Shown: piece after piece, positions 27,552-37,715 of the stretch
Layout of the letters: the number at the start of each line of letters is the position of its first letter
How positions within the stretch are numbered: position 1 is the stretch's first letter
From: a virus
Length of the DNA: 64,000 nucleotides
Virus record (IMG/VR): IMGVR_UViG_3300000233_000007
Span: 1 to 64,000 of that record
Strand: one strand, 5' to 3'
Made by a program: the position numbers and the translations under genes
Notes under the pieces: generated by a model
The model's input: the letters and a program-made list of their open reading frames with translations, nothing else
Databases searched by the model: none
Told to the model about the DNA's origin: nothing

Positions 27552-29030
27552 ATGGCACAAGTAATTAACAAATTGCAAGTTAGACAAGCAAAATTTGATT
27601 CTACAAGAATGACTGACTTAAATCATTGGAGTAAGAATCTGGCTATTAAGCCAACTGTGTTTGAAGCACCACAAAGAGCATTGTTTGCTTCAAAAACAAA
27701 TAGTTTAAACCTATCTGCTGGAAATATCCTTGAAGGTGTTTTTGGATTAGGTAAAACTAAATACATAGATGACTTAAATTGGTCATGGAAAATGAATGTA
27801 AAAGGTTATAGACCTATTACTATTCTTGAAAACAGAACTGCTGGAGATACTCCAGGTAAGTTCAGACAAAAAATCAAAGTTTTAGTAGATGTAGATTTGG
27901 CAGCTATTGGTGAATCATGGTCTCCAGGTTCTTCTGATAAATCTCAAATTGTAACAGTTGTAGATAAAGTTAAAGAAGGTAGAGGATATTTATATACTTT
28001 ACAAACTTATACTGAAGGAGCTGAACACTTTATTAGAAAAGAGTATCTTGAACCAGGAACTAAATGGACAAGAATGTACACTATGAGAGGTGAAGCTGCT
28101 GAAAGTGGTGGTCATACTGAAGGATATACTAATGTAGAGTATAAAAACTCATTAGTTAAATTGAGAAAACAATTTAAAGTTACTGACTTTGCATCTCAAG
28201 CTGTATTAGATATTGCTTTTCAAGATGAAAATGGTAAAGTTTATAGAGCATGGATGGATATGCAAGAAGCACAATATCACATGGCTATGAATAAAGAATT
28301 AGCTACTCATGCTATGTATTCAAGATTAGGTGATATGCCATTGATTGACCCAGATTCAGGTTATCCAATCAACCCTGGTGCTGGTATGGAACAACAAATT
28401 GAATTTGGTGGTAACAATGAAAGATACACTACTTTAAGTGCTGATTTAATTGAAGCATTCTTTGATAGAATTGTTTATTCAAGAATTAGTCCTGGTGATT
28501 TAGGTGAAGTTATTGGTTTCTCTGGACACTATGGTATGAAAGAATTTGCTAAAGCTCTTGATACATGGGCAGGTGGTAAAGCTATTGTTAGAGAAAGTTC
28601 TACTTTTGTTTCAAAAGACCCAACTGGTGTTCATAACAATTCATTGAGAGCAGGTTATCAATATACTAAATATGATTTACCTAATGGTGGTTCATTCAAG
28701 TTAATTCATAATCCATTAAATGATGATAAATCTATCCATAGAGATATTGACCCATTAACAGGTTATCCTTTACAATCACAAAGAATTACTATTCTTGATG
28801 TAACTGGTGGTAATGGACAATCAATCAATCAAAAAGATAATATCTGTCTTGTTAGAAAAAACAAAGTATATGGTACAACTTTGATTGAAGGTAGAGTAGG
28901 TCCTGGTGGAGAGATTTCTAAAAATCCTAAACACTCTGGGGATTATTACAGAGTAGATATTTCTGATTCAATTGGTGTTGAAATTAAAGACCCAACTGTA
29001 ACAGGAGAATTGATTAAAACAGTAAACTAA
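27552..29030 (+). CDS. Major capsid protein (by position and size)
   Basis: 492 aa directly after the scaffold-like gene. No sequence motif verified. Confidence 0.5.
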   Translation: MAQVINKLQVRQAKFDSTRMTDLNHWSKNLAIKPTVFEAPQRALFASKTNSLNLSAGNILEGVFGLGKTKYIDDLNWSWKMNVKGYRPITILENRTAGDTPGKFRQKIKVLVDVDLAAIGESWSPGSSDKSQIVTVVDKVKEGRGYLYTLQTYTEGAEHFIRKEYLEPGTKWTRMYTMRGEAAESGGHTEGYTNVEYKNSLVKLRKQFKVTDFASQAVLDIAFQDENGKVYRAWMDMQEAQYHMAMNKELATHAMYSRLGDMPLIDPDSGYPINPGAGMEQQIEFGGNNERYTTLSADLIEAFFDRIVYSRISPGDLGEVIGFSGHYGMKEFAKALDTWAGGKAIVRESSTFVSKDPTGVHNNSLRAGYQYTKYDLPNGGSFKLIHNPLNDDKSIHRDIDPLTGYPLQSQRITILDVTGGNGQSINQKDNICLVRKNKVYGTTLIEGRVGPGGEISKNPKHSGDYYRVDISDSIGVEIKDPTVTGELIKTVN

Positions 29031-29040
29031 ATAAAAATTT

Positions 29041-29862
29041 ATGATAAGTAAAGAGTTAAAAATAGAAATTAGACCAATCCCAAATAGAAATAACATTAAG
29101 CAATTTTCTGAAAATTTGGAATATTTTTCTCAATCTAATACTATATCAGCATTTGTGAACCCTGTCTCATTAAAATATGAGACAGGTCTAACAGAAGAAG
29201 ATAAAAAGTATTTAAAAGATGAAGGATTTCCTTATGACATTTCAGATAATTATACTAAAGGTGTTCCACATCCATTCTGGGAAAGTTCTATGGTAAAGGT
29301 AGAATTGAAAAATAGTCCATCATTCTTATTTCCAGGTAAAAGTCTTTTAGATTATGTAAAATATAAATATTTGTTAGTAAACAATTATATTTATAAATCA
29401 GAAGAAGAAATGAAATCTGGAATTAAACCACAAGCTACTCATTATATCTATAATGAAACTGAAGCTACCTCTTTAAAAGCAAGTGAATTAGAAGTAAGAA
29501 ATTCATTAATTAGAAAAGTAGGAGAATTATCTTTAAAAAGAAAAAGAGATATTGTTCTTATTCTTATGAATGAAAATACTGATAATAAAAATGAAGATTA
29601 TTTAACTGTAAGATTAGATACTATTATTAATAATAAGGAGTTATCTGAACAATTAGCAGAACTTTTAAAAGAAGAAATAGAAGGAGTATCTTTATCAGCA
29701 GAAATTAAGTCTGCAATACAAAAAAATGTTTTGAAGAAAACTAAAAAAGGAATATTTTATTTTGAAACCAATCTTGGTTTTTCAGAAGAAGATGTAAAAG
29801 AGTTTTTAATTCATCCTGAAAACCAGGAAATTTTATTAAATATTAAATCTAAAATTCAATAA
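29041..29862 (+). CDS. Virion-associated hypothetical protein (capsid auxiliary candidate)
   Basis: 273-aa ORF in the structural operon. Confidence 0.45.
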   Translation: MISKELKIEIRPIPNRNNIKQFSENLEYFSQSNTISAFVNPVSLKYETGLTEEDKKYLKDEGFPYDISDNYTKGVPHPFWESSMVKVELKNSPSFLFPGKSLLDYVKYKYLLVNNYIYKSEEEMKSGIKPQATHYIYNETEATSLKASELEVRNSLIRKVGELSLKRKRDIVLILMNENTDNKNEDYLTVRLDTIINNKELSEQLAELLKEEIEGVSLSAEIKSAIQKNVLKKTKKGIFYFETNLGFSEEDVKEFLIHPENQEILLNIKSKIQ

Positions 29863-29864
29863 TT

Positions 29865-30950
29865 ATGAAGAGTACATTAGCAGACATCAAGCAATTATTT
29901 AATGTTAAAGCAATAGCTTATAACACAAATATTAATGCTTTAGATGAAGGACAATTTGGAGTATTTCCAGAAGATAGTGATGTAAGTGTACCAGCAGGTA
30001 CAACTTTTGCAACACTTCCAGCTAAATTTAGAATCATATCTAAATTAAATGGTAAAATTTATTATAGTTTTGACACTATTGAAAAGTCAAAAGTTTTTAA
30101 TCAAGTAGCTTCACCTTATAAAGCTGAACAAGTAAATGTATGGGAAGGTATTATAGAACATTGTAATTGTATTAATGGAGTTCAATTAGTTATCAATATT
30201 GATGAACAATCATTAATTCAAAGAGATGGTCTTACTTGGACACATAGAGATTTTGTAGTTGCAGTATCACCACAAGAATTACTATGTCATTGTGCATGTG
30301 ATGGTACAAAAGCAGTTTATGAAAATAACATTTTAACTAAATTGTTATTTGAAAAAATAAATGCTTTGAACTCTCCTTTTTATGAAGCAGAAGTTGTACA
30401 AGAAGATGGTACTCCTGTACCTGATGTTGCAGCATTTGTTTTAGCAAATGAAGCAGTAAATACTGATGCTGATGATACTAATGATGGACCAAAATTAAAA
30501 TTGGTTATCAAAGGTAAACCTCAACCAGCAGGACTTTACAGAGACCTTGAAGTAAACTATGTTTATCCAAGAGGTGTTAGATTGAATCCAGCAGTACATA
30601 TAAACAATGAACTTGCTATTCAATTTACTCAAACTCAAGCATTGGGTTATGAAATTGGAGCAGGTTATGATTTGAGAGCAGAAGAATTTGAATCAATGTC
30701 TTTATATACTAACATGAACTTCTATCCAAGATTAAGTGATGGTATTCAAAGTCCTGATTTAGTTTATCAGTTTGAAAATAACAAAAACTATGATACTGTA
30801 ACTTTTGAATTTTATTCAAAGAAAAGTGGATTAGAAGATGTTCCAGAAGGAAGATACAAAAAATTTGGTGTATTGTTAGGTGCTGAAGATGGAAGTGCTG
30901 AAGATGGAAGTCCTTCATCTGCTGCAATGACAGCAATGTTTGTAGTCTAA
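29865..30950 (+). CDS. Structural hypothetical protein; C-terminal AEDGSAEDGS tandem duplication
   Basis: 361-aa ORF. 15-nt tandem repeat at 30889..30918. Confidence 0.5.
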   Translation: MKSTLADIKQLFNVKAIAYNTNINALDEGQFGVFPEDSDVSVPAGTTFATLPAKFRIISKLNGKIYYSFDTIEKSKVFNQVASPYKAEQVNVWEGIIEHCNCINGVQLVINIDEQSLIQRDGLTWTHRDFVVAVSPQELLCHCACDGTKAVYENNILTKLLFEKINALNSPFYEAEVVQEDGTPVPDVAAFVLANEAVNTDADDTNDGPKLKLVIKGKPQPAGLYRDLEVNYVYPRGVRLNPAVHINNELAIQFTQTQALGYEIGAGYDLRAEEFESMSLYTNMNFYPRLSDGIQSPDLVYQFENNKNYDTVTFEFYSKKSGLEDVPEGRYKKFGVLLGAEDGSAEDGSPSSAAMTAMFVV

Positions 30951-30968
30951 TAATTAAACTACATAGAT

Positions 30969-31670
30969 ATGACTATAAAAGATATGCACTATGACTTCAA
31001 AAAGAAGTTAAATAAAGTAGATAGTCAACAAAACAGGAATCTTTTGATTCCTGAAATTGACTGGGCATTGAATGAAGGTTATGAGCTATTTGTTAAAATG
31101 ATAGCTCAACCAAGAACAAAGTCATATCTTGGTTTTGAAATTAATCAAAGAAGTATAGATGATATTAGAACATTGGTTGTAAATAACCAATGTTCTTCTA
31201 TATCAAATAATATAGTTCCACTACCTCAAAATTATTGGCATTTTTTAAAAGGAGAAGTTACTGTTTCAAAAGGTAATTGTACTGGTAAAAAAGCTAAATT
31301 TCATTTAAGACAACATGATGATGAATTTGAACAAAGTCCTTTTGATAAAAGTTCTTTTGAATGGAGACATGTTAATGGTATATTTTTTGAAAATGGAATA
31401 AAATTATTTGATGATGGTACTTTTACAAATGATGAATTTTGTATTAGTTATATTAAAAGACCAAGATATATTCACAATGCAGAAGACTTTAGAACAGGTA
31501 CTTACAAATTACCTTCTGGTCAAGTATTAACTGGTTCAGTTGATTGTGAACTACCAGAACATACTCATAGAGAAATTGTTGATATAGCTGTATTAATTGT
31601 AACAGGAGAAATACAAGCATCTGATTATCAAATAAAACTACAAAAATTAAACTTTAATCAATTAAAATAA
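30969..31670 (+). CDS. Structural hypothetical protein
   Basis: 233-aa ORF. Confidence 0.5.
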   Translation: MTIKDMHYDFKKKLNKVDSQQNRNLLIPEIDWALNEGYELFVKMIAQPRTKSYLGFEINQRSIDDIRTLVVNNQCSSISNNIVPLPQNYWHFLKGEVTVSKGNCTGKKAKFHLRQHDDEFEQSPFDKSSFEWRHVNGIFFENGIKLFDDGTFTNDEFCISYIKRPRYIHNAEDFRTGTYKLPSGQVLTGSVDCELPEHTHREIVDIAVLIVTGEIQASDYQIKLQKLNFNQLK

Positions 31671-32350
31671 TGGCATATACAATAACAAGAAACAATAATG
31701 TATTTACAATTAATACTAATGGTGGTAATGCCTTATACATAACTGTATATACTCAAACATTTTGTGGTTCTAATCAATGGGAAGTTCTTATTCCTGAACA
31801 ATTTACAAATGATACAATTAATATTACTTTACCTAACAAAGATGATTTATATAAAATAGTAGTTACAGATAAACAAGGAATGACTGAAAACCATGATGTA
31901 GCAATATATAGTGAGTTTTTAAAATCTTTTGTTGAAGATGTAAATTATGTTTTATGTGGTTGTCCATGTGAAGAATGTGATGATTGTAATAAAAAAGAAA
32001 AAGATTATCTTTCAGCATTAATAAAATTATTATCTTATAATGTTATCAATGGTGGAATATATAATCAATATTTAACAGCAACAAATAATTGTGTTAAATG
32101 TAATGTATTAGATACTAATCAATGTTTACTATTACATGAAACTATGTTGGGTAATGGTGATAATACATTATTAATGAAACAAATAATAGCTTATTATTAT
32201 TTAGTATTCTATTATACAGATTTATTATTAAATAATAATTCTCCTATTGTTACACAAAAATACAATTATAATAATATTATTCAATGTATAAGAAAATTAG
32301 GTTTAGATGAGTTGTGTATAAAAAATAACATACTTATCTTTGAACCCTAA
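31670..32350 (+). CDS. Cys-rich structural protein
   Basis: CGCPCEECDDCNKKEKD and CVKCNVLDTNQC clusters. Confidence 0.5.
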   Translation: MAYTITRNNNVFTINTNGGNALYITVYTQTFCGSNQWEVLIPEQFTNDTINITLPNKDDLYKIVVTDKQGMTENHDVAIYSEFLKSFVEDVNYVLCGCPCEECDDCNKKEKDYLSALIKLLSYNVINGGIYNQYLTATNNCVKCNVLDTNQCLLLHETMLGNGDNTLLMKQIIAYYYLVFYYTDLLLNNNSPIVTQKYNYNNIIQCIRKLGLDELCIKNNILIFEP

Positions 32351-32391
32351 GGAATTTATACTTTTGAATTTAATAATACCTTTATGTAATT

Positions 32392-33168
32392 ATGCCATAT
32401 ACTAAACAACAAGTAAAAGATAACATAGACCAAGATATTAGGTTAAAAACAACAGTTAATAGTATTTCTCCTGAAAATGTAGGGAAGAATATGAAAGATA
32501 TTGTTGATTTAATACCTGATGCAATTGTAGGACCTCAAGGTCCACAAGGAATACAAGGTCCAATTGGTCCTCAAGGTAATCCTGGACAAGATGGAGATTC
32601 TGTTTATGAAGTTGCTGTACAAAATGGTTTTACAGGAACAGTAGAAGAGTGGTTACAAACTTTAGTAGGTCCACCAGGAGCAGATGGTAATGGAAGTGGT
32701 TCTATATCATATTTACCAATACCTCAAATAGCAAAAAGAAAAGTATTTATACCTGATGGTAAAGTTCCACCTTCTAATGATAGAAAAAGATTAGATAGTA
32801 TATCTCCAATTAATTATATATTTGAAGATGTTATGACATTTTCTTTTCCAGAAGAATACTATAAAGAACAATTTGATATATATTTTAATTCTTTTGGTGA
32901 TAGAGATTGGTTATCTTTACCTAATAAAAGAGTAGAACTTTGTATGGTTTCTAATAGACAAAATAAAAAATCTTATAGTAATTCTAATACAAGTGGCTTA
33001 TCAATTAGTGGAAATGGTAATAAAGATAATTATACAAATTCAATAGTTCATCCAGCTAATACTAATGATAGAAATACTACTATTATTAATACAATATATA
33101 GTGGTGGAAATGCTGGAGATTCTAATTTTGACCAAACAGGAAATTCTTTAAATACTTATATTGGGTAA
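32392..33168 (+). CDS. Collagen-like repeat protein (tail fibre or whisker candidate)
   Basis: GPQGPQGIQGPIGPQGNPGQDGDS...GPPGADGNGSG Gly-X-Y repeats (32527..32700). Confidence 0.6.
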   Translation: MPYTKQQVKDNIDQDIRLKTTVNSISPENVGKNMKDIVDLIPDAIVGPQGPQGIQGPIGPQGNPGQDGDSVYEVAVQNGFTGTVEEWLQTLVGPPGADGNGSGSISYLPIPQIAKRKVFIPDGKVPPSNDRKRLDSISPINYIFEDVMTFSFPEEYYKEQFDIYFNSFGDRDWLSLPNKRVELCMVSNRQNKKSYSNSNTSGLSISGNGNKDNYTNSIVHPANTNDRNTTIINTIYSGGNAGDSNFDQTGNSLNTYIG

Positions 33169-33348
33169 ACTGAATGGATATTAGATGAAAATGATACTTC
33201 TTTTGGAGACAGTATATTTAATCATGGTTTAAATAAATTAAACAATCCTAATATAACAATAGAATTAGATATTAGAAGTTTCTTTAGAGAAAGAAGTACA
33301 AGAATACCTATTACTTATCCTTTTAATTTAACAGATAGTAATTATGTT

Positions 33349-33624
33349 ATGGTTAAAAACATAGGATTAATAAAAGATACAGGTAATGGAAAAGTATTTA
33401 AAAGAAATTCTGTATTATTTTTTAGATTGAGTGCAGGTGTTCCTGGTACTGAAAAATTAATAACTGACCCAAAAGGTAATTCTATAACAGTTTATCAAAA
33501 AAGAGTATTTAGTGAATTATCACAACCAATATATATAAAACCTAAAATAAAAATGTTTGTAGATAATACAAATAATAGAGAAGTTCAAGTTATTGTAGGA
33601 CATAAAACTACAATAGGAAAATAA
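33349..33624 (+). CDS. Small hypothetical protein
   Basis: 91-aa ORF. A 180-nt gap upstream may hold an N-terminal extension. Confidence 0.4.
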   Translation: MVKNIGLIKDTGNGKVFKRNSVLFFRLSAGVPGTEKLITDPKGNSITVYQKRVFSELSQPIYIKPKIKMFVDNTNNREVQVIVGHKTTIGK

Positions 33625-33749
33625 AAAATCCATGTTAGAATGTTTGTTTTGATAACACAGATATTCTTTTTAAGGTACTCCCTTTTGATTACAGAGAGAC
33701 CAGAGATAGAGCTGCTTTTTTGATAACAAAGCAGCTCATGGATTTTTTT
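33625..33749. other. Structured intergenic element: 12-bp closing stem AAAAAATCCATG/CATGGATTTTTT around a 10-bp hairpin GAGCTGCTTT/AAAGCAGCTC and a duplicated TTTGATAACA box
   Basis: Inverted repeats read directly from the sequence. A-run and T-run flank it symmetrically (bidirectional-terminator-like). Confidence 0.45.
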
Positions 33750-33774
33750 AATCATTAAAAAACAAATATAAAAA

Positions 33775-34464
33775 ATGGATTTAAAAGACTTAAAAAAATT
33801 ATTCAAATGTGATGAAGATACTATCACAACACCAATAAGTTTTACACTTAATGGTAAATGCACAAATGCTAATCTTATTACTAAATTAGTAAATTTCTGT
33901 GTAAAAAAACAAATGGTTTTATTTAAAGGAAAAAGAATGAGTTTAGCTCAAATAGGTTCTTTTAAAGATGGATATTGTACTTGCTGTGAAGAAGTTATTG
34001 TAACTCCTGGTGGTTCAAGTAATCCAAATGGTTCTGGTTCAGGTGGAGCAGGAATAGGTGGTAGTTCAACAACTTCAGGTTCAGGAGGTGGAGCAGGAAT
34101 AGGTGGAAGTTTAGTAGAAGCATGGGCAAATGCTAAATTATTTCCTAATCAAAGTAATAATGGATTTTTATGTGGAGGAGTTTTTAGTAATGTAAAAGCT
34201 ATTAATTTTGATGGAAAACTTTATTTTGAAGCTTTTTCAAATCAATTTGTTGCACTTAATAATGTATCAATAGAGGTATATTATAATGGTTTAGTATCAC
34301 CTATTATTCACTCTTTAGGTTATTGGAATAGTGGACTTATTAGTTTTAATGGTACTCCTGGTTATAATGTACAAAACATACAAAAAATTGTAATTAAAGC
34401 TTCTACTTATAGTACAAGCAATAATCCTTTATGTACAAGTGGTTCAGTAACATTTACACCTTAA
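33775..34464 (+). CDS. Gly-rich fibre-like protein
   Basis: GSGSGGAGIGGSSTTSGSGGGAGIGGS repeat. Confidence 0.5.
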   Translation: MDLKDLKKLFKCDEDTITTPISFTLNGKCTNANLITKLVNFCVKKQMVLFKGKRMSLAQIGSFKDGYCTCCEEVIVTPGGSSNPNGSGSGGAGIGGSSTTSGSGGGAGIGGSLVEAWANAKLFPNQSNNGFLCGGVFSNVKAINFDGKLYFEAFSNQFVALNNVSIEVYYNGLVSPIIHSLGYWNSGLISFNGTPGYNVQNIQKIVIKASTYSTSNNPLCTSGSVTFTP

Positions 34465-34467
34465 TAT

Positions 34468-35286
34468 ATGAAAGCAGTATTTAGTTTTTGGAACACAAGT
34501 GGTAATGCTTTAGTACAAGCAACTAATTGGGCAAATCCTAAATTTCATTTATACTCATGGACTTTGGCAGTTAATCAAGCTGCCAAATTCTTTGATGAAG
34601 TTGAATTAGTTACAGATAGTGCATCATTACCAATCTTTAAAAAATTAGATTTACCTTTTACAAGTATTAGAACAGACCTTGATGAATTAGAAAAATATCC
34701 AAAATCTTTTTGGTCATTAGGTAAAATAAAAGCATATCAAATACAAGATAAACCTTTTGTACATATAGATAATGATTTTATTATGTTCTTAAAACCATCA
34801 GAAGAATTTTTAAATGCTCCTATTGGATTTCAGAATACAGAAGATGGAGATTGGTTTGAAGGTTATTATAGAGGTCAATTTAACAATTTAAGTGAGTATG
34901 GTCAAGGTCTTCCTGAAAGTTGGGGATTAGTTGATGAAGCATTTAACTTTGGTATTTATAGTTGTAATGATATGAATTACAATAAAAAGTATTGTGAAGA
35001 AGCATTTCAATTAGTTGATAATAATACAGACTTAATGGTAAATACAGGACATCCTGGTTTATATTGTGTATTATTTGAACAATATCTTGGAGCAACAACA
35101 GCTAAACTTTTAAATATAGAACCTTATTTTTTGTCTAAATATTGTAACCATCAAGATATTGAAAGACAAGGATTGATTCATATTTGGGGAGCTAAAAATG
35201 ATGATAAGTTTTATAAGAATATTGAAAGAATAGTTCATAATGAATATCCTGATAAATATGAAATAATTAATAAATTAATAGACTAA
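34468..35286 (+). CDS. Hypothetical protein (possible DxD-type nucleotide-sugar transferase fold)
   Basis: FVHIDNDFIMF acidic motif. Weak. Confidence 0.4.
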   Translation: MKAVFSFWNTSGNALVQATNWANPKFHLYSWTLAVNQAAKFFDEVELVTDSASLPIFKKLDLPFTSIRTDLDELEKYPKSFWSLGKIKAYQIQDKPFVHIDNDFIMFLKPSEEFLNAPIGFQNTEDGDWFEGYYRGQFNNLSEYGQGLPESWGLVDEAFNFGIYSCNDMNYNKKYCEEAFQLVDNNTDLMVNTGHPGLYCVLFEQYLGATTAKLLNIEPYFLSKYCNHQDIERQGLIHIWGAKNDDKFYKNIERIVHNEYPDKYEIINKLID

Positions 35287-35287
35287 T

Positions 35288-35653
35288 ATGAAAGAATGGT
35301 TAATAAGTAACTTAATGAATATAATCTCATTAGTGTTTGGTGGGGGATTTTCTTTAGCTTATTTCTTTGAAAGAAAGAAAAATAAAGCTATGACAAATCA
35401 AGAAGTTGCTAAAGCATCACAAGAAGAAGCAACTGCATTAACTAATATGAGACAAGCATATAAAGATTTTACAGAAGACATGACCCAAAGATATGAAACT
35501 TTGAGTTCAGAAGTAAAAGATTTAAAAAAAAAGCTAACAGATGTGAGTTCTGAATTAGATGAAGAAAAAGGAAAGTATAATAAACTGAAGACTGCTTATG
35601 ATACTCTGAAAAGAGAATTTGATAATTACAAAAAAAAACATAATAATACTTAA
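35288..35653 (+). CDS. Single-pass membrane protein with coiled-coil (holin- or spanin-like candidate)
   Basis: N-terminal TM LMNIISLVFGGGFSLAYFF, then a charged helical region. Confidence 0.45.
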   Translation: MKEWLISNLMNIISLVFGGGFSLAYFFERKKNKAMTNQEVAKASQEEATALTNMRQAYKDFTEDMTQRYETLSSEVKDLKKKLTDVSSELDEEKGKYNKLKTAYDTLKREFDNYKKKHNNT

Positions 35654-35655
35654 TT

Positions 35656-36972
35656 ATGATAAAAAAACAAGTTATAAACTATCTGCTATCCAAATCAGGT
35701 AATTTGGATAGTGGAGAAACTTGGTATGATGTTGGTGTCAAATTTGGCATAGAACCTCAAAATAAAGAAAGAGCTTCAACTGATGAAGCATATAGAAAAA
35801 GGTCAATACAAACTCAAGCTAATGATATTTGGAGAGGATATATAAAACAAACAAATAAATTAGCAGTAGTAAAACAAACTTACAAAGATGGTGAACTTAA
35901 ATTTGAAACATTTAAAGAGAAACCAGAAGATGTTAAAATAAACCATGAAGATTTTGACATTGAAAAATTTACCACTAACCCTTATGGTGGAGCTTGGATA
36001 AAGCTAAAAAGAAAAGAAAAGATGTTTGAACAAGAACATCTTGATACACTAAAAGAAATCCTTACAAAAGAATTAAACCCTGTATTTATTAGAACACCAG
36101 AAGTTATAAATGATAAAGCATTATTTATTTATGGTTCAGACAAACACATAGGAGCATTAACAAAAGAAGATTCTATCTATACTAATAAGTATGATAGAGA
36201 AGAAATGAGACAAAGAATTGTTATTCAAACATTAAATCAAATACAACATAATGTAGCTTTATATGGTCAATTTGATTCATTATTTATAATGGATTTAGGT
36301 GATGCTTTAGATGGGTTTAATGGTAAAACAACAGGTGGATTAAGAGGAACTTCTTCTCATACATTACCTCAACAATTAAATAATAGAGAACAACATGACT
36401 ATTATTTAGAATTACACAAAGAATTATTTGATACAATTGCTGTAAATTTATTTGCTAAAAATATTTATTTTGTAGCTACAAGTAATAGTAATCATGGTGG
36501 AGATTTTGAATATGGAGCTATGAGAAATTTAGAAACATATTTGAATGTAAAATATCCTGATATTAAAACTTATGTATCATATAAAGCATATAATCATTTT
36601 GTTTATGGAAAACATTGTATAATATTTGGTCATGGTAAAGATGATGAAGATATGAAAAATGGTTTACCTTTAGTATTAAATGATAAAGTTTCAAATGTAA
36701 TATCTGATTATATTAGAGTTAATAAATTAGAAGATTATAATATTACATTTGTTTCTGGTGATTTACATCAAAGTGCTGAAACATATTCTAAAAACTTTAG
36801 ATATAAAAAAGTATTATCACAATATGGTAGTTCTAAATGGATGCACACAAATTTTGGTTCAGGTATTCCAGGATTATCTTCAGAAGTATATGAAAAAAAT
36901 TCAAGAAAGATATTTAAAGAAGATGAATTTTTTAATATTGAAAATGAATCTAATACAGGAATTACTTTCTAA
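35656..36972 (+). CDS. Calcineurin-like metallophosphoesterase
   Basis: Ordered motifs GSDKH (DxH), FIMDLGDALDG (GDxxD), TSNSNHGG (GNH), IIFGHGKD (GH), VSGDLHQS (GDxH). Confidence 0.65.
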   Translation: MIKKQVINYLLSKSGNLDSGETWYDVGVKFGIEPQNKERASTDEAYRKRSIQTQANDIWRGYIKQTNKLAVVKQTYKDGELKFETFKEKPEDVKINHEDFDIEKFTTNPYGGAWIKLKRKEKMFEQEHLDTLKEILTKELNPVFIRTPEVINDKALFIYGSDKHIGALTKEDSIYTNKYDREEMRQRIVIQTLNQIQHNVALYGQFDSLFIMDLGDALDGFNGKTTGGLRGTSSHTLPQQLNNREQHDYYLELHKELFDTIAVNLFAKNIYFVATSNSNHGGDFEYGAMRNLETYLNVKYPDIKTYVSYKAYNHFVYGKHCIIFGHGKDDEDMKNGLPLVLNDKVSNVISDYIRVNKLEDYNITFVSGDLHQSAETYSKNFRYKKVLSQYGSSKWMHTNFGSGIPGLSSEVYEKNSRKIFKEDEFFNIENESNTGITF

Positions 36973-36983
36973 TTAAAAATAAT

Positions 36984-37715
36984 TTGTATCTTTGCTGCAT
37001 GGAAAAAGTAAATATACAAATATTAGAATATTTTAAAGGTTTAGAATTTAAAGAAGACAATCATAAATACTTTTTTAAATCTAAACCTATTAAAATATCT
37101 GTTTCTGGTTTAATAAAAAAATATGTTGAAGAGTTTGATTCTTACACTATTAGTTTAAGAATTGCTGAAAGAGATGGTTTAAACCAAAAAGATATTTTAA
37201 AAGAGTGGGATGATGAAGGTAAAAGAGCAAGTAAAAGAGGAAACAAAGCACATTTATTTGGTGAAGTATATCCTTTCAATAGACATATAAAACCAACTGA
37301 TAAATTAGAAGAAGCTATTGTAAAATTTTGGAATGATTTACCTGAACATATTGTACCTGTAATTATGGAACTTCAAATGTTTCATAAAGAATTTATGTTT
37401 GCTGGAACAGCAGACATTTTGTTGTATAATAAAGTTACTGGTATGTTTATTATAGGAGATTATAAAACTAATAAAGATTTGTTTAAAAATTATAAAGAAA
37501 AAAAATTATTAGGTCCATTTTCAAAAATGTTAGATTGTCCTTTTAATAAATATCAATTACAATTATCATTTTATCAAATATTATTTGAACAAACTGGTTT
37601 AAAAGTTTCATCAAGAAAATTAATATGGTTATTAGATGATGGTACATATAAGATGTATAATATGGATGACCACACAGAAGTTTTAAAACAAGAATTAAAA
37701 AATATTGAAATATGA
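36984..37715 (+). CDS. PD-(D/E)xK nuclease (YqaJ or lambda-exonuclease-like)
   Basis: FMFAGTADILLYN....IIGDYKTNK is a D...(D)YK catalytic core. Confidence 0.5.
   Translation: MYLCCMEKVNIQILEYFKGLEFKEDNHKYFFKSKPIKISVSGLIKKYVEEFDSYTISLRIAERDGLNQKDILKEWDDEGKRASKRGNKAHLFGEVYPFNRHIKPTDKLEEAIVKFWNDLPEHIVPVIMELQMFHKEFMFAGTADILLYNKVTGMFIIGDYKTNKDLFKNYKEKKLLGPFSKMLDCPFNKYQLQLSFYQILFEQTGLKVSSRKLIWLLDDGTYKMYNMDDHTEVLKQELKNIEI

Noticed and set aside
26356-33168. Diversity-generating retroelement targeting the fibre genes
   Set aside because: No reverse transcriptase ORF and no near-identical template/variable repeat pair detected in the fibre region.
33585-33863. 92-aa minus-strand ORF across the 33625..33749 hairpin element
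   Set aside because: It spans an intergenic structured element and the start of a plus-strand gene. Hydrophobic low-complexity translation. Likely spurious.
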